A stretch of 62,678 bases of DNA, counting the filler, from Globobulimina sp. (taxonomy: Eukaryota): assembly GCA_003354225.1 (NCBI GenBank). It is 39 parts of 39 records of this genome, joined end to end, with 100 filler letters (N's around TTAATTAATTAA, not from the genome) between each part and the next. Parts side by side here need not be neighbours in the genome. Positions count along the whole stretch, not along the records: positions 57,952 to 59,460 come from PIVH01015557.1; positions 59,561 to 61,069 come from PIVH01015558.1; positions 61,170 to 62,678 come from PIVH01015559.1; 36 more parts are not named here. One strand, 5' to 3'. The notes beneath the pieces are model-generated. The model did not search any database. It was not told the DNA's origin and saw only the letters and a list, made by a program, of their open reading frames with translations. A program made the position numbers and the translations under genes. Below are positions 58,419 through 62,678 of the stretch, piece by piece. Every line of letters starts with the position of its first letter. Position 1 is the stretch's first letter.

Positions 58419-59246
58419 ATGATTCATAAAAAGGAAAAACTATCGCTTGTCAAGCAATGCAGTCTATTAGATATTTCGCCTTCTGCTTTTTACTATCAAA
58501 GCAAAGGCATCTCCAGTTCGGACTTTGCAATCATGCGCATTTTAGCTGGACTACATCTGGAATCTCCATCTTATGGCAGCCGTCGGCTGCGTGATGAGCT
58601 CGAAGATGCGGGCTGTTTTATCGGCCGTGATCGCGTCCGTCGTCTTATGAGAGAGATGGGCATAGAAACGATTTATCCTCGCCCTCGGACGACTCAGCCA
58701 GGTAAAGGCCATAAAGTCTATCCTTACCTGTTGAGGCACTTGTCAATTGATAAACCGAACCAAGTTTGGGCAACGGACATCACATACATTCCCATGCGTC
58801 GTGGCTTTATTTACCTGGTTGCCATCATCGATTGGTACAGTCGCAAAGTGCTCTCATACCGCTTCTCGAATACTCTTGACACCCAATTCTGTCTTGATGC
58901 TTTGGACGAAGCATTGAGAAAATACGGAACCCCTGAAATATTCAACACAGATCAAGGTTCGCAATTCACAAGCGATGCTTTTACACAAAAACTAAAAGAT
59001 GAAGGTATTAAGATCAGCATGGATGGCAAGGGAGCCTGGGTTGACAATGTCCTTGTTGAACGCCTTTGGCGCAGCTTGAAATATGAGGAAGTCTATTTAA
59101 AGGCCTATGAAAATGTCAAAGAAGCAAAAGATTCTATGGAAAAATGGTTTGAAAAATACAATCAAAAACGCAAACATTACGGATTAAATCGAAAGACACC
59201 AGATCAAGTTTACTTCGCCAATTCCAAATCCAGACTGGCGGCTTAA
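58419..59246 (+). CDS. IS3-family transposase OrfB (rve/DDE)
   Basis: WATDITY, FNTDQGSQFTS and DNVLVERLWRSLKYE. In the -1 frame relative to OrfA. Confidence 0.96.
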   Translation: MIHKKEKLSLVKQCSLLDISPSAFYYQSKGISSSDFAIMRILAGLHLESPSYGSRRLRDELEDAGCFIGRDRVRRLMREMGIETIYPRPRTTQPGKGHKVYPYLLRHLSIDKPNQVWATDITYIPMRRGFIYLVAIIDWYSRKVLSYRFSNTLDTQFCLDALDEALRKYGTPEIFNTDQGSQFTSDAFTQKLKDEGIKISMDGKGAWVDNVLVERLWRSLKYEEVYLKAYENVKEAKDSMEKWFEKYNQKRKHYGLNRKTPDQVYFANSKSRLAA

Positions 59247-60601
59247 AACGGCAAAAGACCACTTATAATTCTTAACAAACCGTCCTAAGAAACAAGACCA
59301 CTTCTGGAAGGCGATAAGCATCCCCTGTTTTATCGCTTAACCAGGTGCAAAAATTATTCGCATCATGCCAACTGATTCCGGTTACGAAAGGCAAATGTTT
59401 CGAGTTTGGGATAAAATCCGGATCGAATTGTTTATAAACGTCGACTGAAATTTCCTCAGTNNNNNNNNNNNNNNNNNNNNNNNNNNNNNNNNNNNNNNNN
59501 NNNNTTAATTAATTAANNNNNNNNNNNNNNNNNNNNNNNNNNNNNNNNNNNNNNNNNNNNAAGACAAACGGGAACTAAAAATTGTGCGTCCTGGAACTCC
59601 GTCAGATTACACCTTTGAAAAAAAAGCATTTCCATCGATGAGCAATTTGTCGGAGAAAAATAGTTTAGCGAATAGCGAGTATTATTTCTTCGACGATGTT
59701 CAGGATAATCGGTCAAACAGATTTTTCCCAATGTTTCAACCACGAAAACCTTCAATCATAAAGGATGAAAATGATGATTCAGAAGACATGGATGAGGAAA
59801 CAAGGCGAATTGCAGTGGATATATAATCACATAATTTCATAATGTATGGAATATATTGGATCGATGGGATTTTCATTTACTGTCACATTAATATTGAATT
59901 ATAATCGTTTTTGAATTGTTACACTTTTTGTTTTTCCCTAATTATTTTTTAAATTATTATACGTAGATTTATTTTTCTCTCCCTTTTATTTGTTTTAATG
60001 GTTTTATTTCCGACAATCTCATAACATCTGTCATATCCTTGCACAGTACCACTGCGGCATCGTTTTTGTAAAAACGTACGTTTAAAAACTCCGAATCAAT
60101 TTTTTGAATAAACACAGAAACGAAATAGAACAGCAAAGAATAATGAATCAAATGAGATTCTATTTTCTTTGCCTGTAAGGATGGATTGGATGGTGGCCCA
60201 TTATCACCAATCTGAACTATCTGAAAATAAATCCCTGGAAAGCAAATGTAAATAAAACATCACATTAACCACAAAAACGCATACGTCTTTTTCAATGCGC
60301 TTGTCAATACTTTTGAAGATAATCTTTTTGCATTTTGTTTACAAACAAATGGTTTAACACCAATACCAATAACATCAGAATGAATATATTAAATATGTTT
60401 CGTCAGCAACAAAACTTCAAATTTCACATTGTCCCTTTGAACTGAATGGATTTCTTTCGCACAAACAAAGTTCTTTTCAGATGTTTCTTGTTGTCATTGT
60501 TGTTTTTATTTCAACTCTAAATTAACCCAAAACTTGTTAACAATCCATACAAAAAGCACTGCCTTGTGTTGACGCAAAGTCGCATAAATAGGAAAAGCAT
60601 A

Positions 60602-61069
60602 AATGGAGAATATGGAAAGTAAATCCAAGCAATTCAGTAATTTTGGGGATGATACAAAAGAATCCAAACAACCACCACAATATGGCGCATTTAGACAGGA
60701 AGAAAAAAAAGAACCTAAAAAAAAGGGCAAGAAGGGCAAGAAAGGCAAAAAATGTATGTAATCCACGCCTATTTACTTTGATTTGATTCGTACAGCAAAC
60801 CAAACAATAAACACCAACACCCGCAGCGGGCGGCGGCGATGGCGGAGAGATCAAAGCAGAGAGAAAAGCACATCCAGTGGCCGCAGACGGTGCCGATGGG
60901 GGCGGCGATGATGCCATCGATAGCATTGATTTTGCGCTCTTTTTGGAGGATAAACAAGAATGTTTTGTAAACACTGGGAATTGGAACGAGACCGAAATTA
61001 TTGCGAATTGCAGCAGTTTATATCGCATAGCATATGGCTTAAAATATTATGAGTTATTATTAGGAAACA
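60602..61069 (+). CDS. K-rich protein entering the unnamed Cys/His domain (3' partial)
   Basis: MENMESK...KKGKKGKKGKK. Intron 60754..60795 splices in frame to ...ECF...IIANCSSLYRIAYGLKYY. Confidence 0.7.
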
Positions 61070-61294
61070 NNNNNNNNNNNNNNNNNNNNNNNNNNNNNNN
61101 NNNNNNNNNNNNNTTAATTAATTAANNNNNNNNNNNNNNNNNNNNNNNNNNNNNNNNNNNNNNNNNNNNAAAGTATTTACTGTGAATGTTTGTCGTTTAA
61201 GATGCAATTTGTTACTAACGATAAATAAAAAATCATATTTGCTACTTTCACTATAAACCATCGTTATAGCAAAGCAGAAACGTTTCAACAATGT

Positions 61295-61930
61295 TTAATG
61301 ATAAAATGTCTTTGTAACACTGAGCTGTGATGCTGGAATGTATTGCATATGGATACGAATTAAACACGAAGTATCCAGATCATCTGCATTCATTTCGCCT
61401 CTGTCCACCAATTGATTCAATGGGTCACCACAAACAATATTATTTATATTTGCTTTACTCGTATTACACTGTTTTTTTGGTTTAGAGCGCTGTATTTTGC
61501 GTTTTTTAAATGGTGGAGGGTTTGCAATCTTGTCTCTTGAAGTTCTACTTTTGAGCTTAAATTTTTCAATGTTGGCACATGCTCCAAAATGAACACGGAC
61601 ATTGAATCTCGTCCTCGCGCCATAATTACATTTCGGACATTTATACGGTTTGATGCCTTCGTGAAGGTACGAATGACTCAGCAAACTTGCCATTGCCTTT
61701 AAATTTCTGTCGCAAATATGACAAATGGTCGGGTCTTCATATTCTTTCCTCATATGTATAAATAAAGCATTGCTGGTAGGAAAAGGCAGTTTGCATCGAG
61801 GGCATTTGAACTCTTTTAATTCCAAATCCATGTCAGTTATGTCATTATAATCAACGTCCGCCTCCGATTTGCCCTTTGTTGCACTTTCCGCATTTTTATT
61901 TGTTGCTGTTTGGGGAATGGTTTCTGGCAT
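61295..61930 (-). CDS. C2H2 zinc-finger protein (three fingers)
   Basis: FKCPRC...LFIHM, CHICDR...LLSHSYLH, linker EGIKPY, and KCPKC...VRVH. Confidence 0.88.
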   Translation of the reverse strand: MPETIPQTATNKNAESATKGKSEADVDYNDITDMDLELKEFKCPRCKLPFPTSNALFIHMRKEYEDPTICHICDRNLKAMASLLSHSYLHEGIKPYKCPKCNYGARTRFNVRVHFGACANIEKFKLKSRTSRDKIANPPPFKKRKIQRSKPKKQCNTSKANINNIVCGDPLNQLVDRGEMNADDLDTSCLIRIHMQYIPASQLSVTKTFYH

Positions 61931-62091
61931 TGTGACAATAATAATATATTACTTTATCATTATGAAGATTCATAATCTCTCATAAACATTTTTATCCGTG
62001 ATTGCCAATCGTTTGCTGGCGTTTCATTCTTGAGCTCTGAGTGTAGTCTTAAAAACATTCATGCGAAAATCGTAAAAACATTTGAAACTAA

Positions 62092-62678
62092 ATGCAAAAA
62101 AATAGATACCACAAAGTAATAATAAAAGCAGATCATGTACGGTTATCGAATGAAATATACACAACGCCTTACAATTGGAGTGATGCCAAGCAGTACACAT
62201 TGGATGTCTGTTACGGTGATTGTCGTAAATATATGAAAGATTGTTGTCAATATGCAATTTCTTTAATGTGCTGGCTCATTCCATTCTGTATAATCCTGCT
62301 CATTTGTTTTGGAATAATGTTTGGAGCAATCGAAGTGATTGAAATAGGCGTTGGGTGGAATAGGCGCGCCAATCAATTCAATATAAGAGGCCACTGTCAA
62401 GTGATAGAAGCAAACAGATCGAATGAATCAATTGCAAGTAATAATGGCTATGATTGGCATTACAAATGGAAAGTATATAACTTATCAATGTGTAATGACA
62501 CTCAACATAATACTTTTGAAACATCCACAGAGAATGAAATGTGGACAATTGGAGAGGAACAGCAGTGTTGGACTGATGAAAATTGTCAATATATATTTCT
62601 CAGTCAAAGCAATGTTTATCATAAAGGAGCGCAATCTTTGTTTGGTGCGGCCACAGCATTGTTTTTCTTGAGTTTTTG
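62092..62678 (+). CDS. Hypothetical membrane protein with a Cys-containing extracellular loop (3' partial)
   Basis: Manual translation MQKNRYHK...WLIPFCIILLICFGIMFG...CWTDENC...LFGAATALFFLSF, open to the window end and therefore absent from the ORF track. Confidence 0.65.
   Translation, partial: MQKNRYHKVIIKADHVRLSNEIYTTPYNWSDAKQYTLDVCYGDCRKYMKDCCQYAISLMCWLIPFCIILLICFGIMFGAIEVIEIGVGWNRRANQFNIRGHCQVIEANRSNESIASNNGYDWHYKWKVYNLSMCNDTQHNTFETSTENEMWTIGEEQQCWTDENCQYIFLSQSNVYHKGAQSLFGAATALFFLSF

Larger units (their letters stand above)
58037..59306 (+). mobile_element. Complete bacterial IS3-family insertion sequence (~1.27 kb)
   Basis: OrfA/OrfB pair bounded by imperfect inverted repeats CAGAAGTGGT-N9-TAGGAC and GTCCTA-N9-ACCACTTCTG. 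Confidence 0.88.

Noticed and set aside
59969-60380. Possible spliced minus-strand gene
   Set aside because: The apparent GTATGC..CAG intron does not join the open frames in phase and no family is recognisable, so it is not supportable as a CDS.
1512-61169. Regularly spaced TTAATTAATTAA repeat every ~1.61 kb (CRISPR-like or biological periodicity)
   Set aside because: Always embedded in exactly 44+44 N with stops in six frames. It is a contig-concatenation linker.
1-62678. Multi-gene system inferred from neighbouring genes (for example polymerase next to ADPRM, or IS3 next to TSNAXIP1)
   Set aside because: Neighbours across spacers are unrelated contigs ordered by length, so adjacency is meaningless.

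Overview
This window is not one locus. It joins 39 unrelated, length-sorted contigs (1,511 to 1,509 bp) with an artificial 100-nt spacer (N44-TTAATTAATTAA-N44), so no gene-neighbourhood inference across spacers is valid. Most contigs come from an AT-rich, gene-dense protist genome with short GT-AG introns and the standard code. The style suggests Rhizaria/Foraminifera, which is an inference. These contigs carry partial genes for ICMT, a kinesin-PH protein, calpain-7, RCC1/Kelch, an MMPL transporter, PEBP, a CaMK, CstF-64, ADPRM, a sulfatase, a NodB deacetylase, a PI3K-like kinase, TSNAXIP1 and many secreted PT-repeat proteins. Mobile elements include an LTR flanked by both PPT and PBS, a copia gag-protease, a LINE RNase H, a frameshifted PIF/Harbinger transposase, a 105-bp TA-flanked MITE, a Polinton-type DNA polymerase B and a complete bacterial IS3-family element. 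Several contigs are internally chimeric, as expected from amplified single-cell or metagenomic DNA. The best candidate for something undescribed is a Cys/His-patterned domain I cannot name, found in three independent contigs behind different N-terminal modules. An intron-containing gene built from Bacteroidetes-like extracellular repeats is the best horizontal-transfer candidate. No rRNA, tRNA or CRISPR array was seen.
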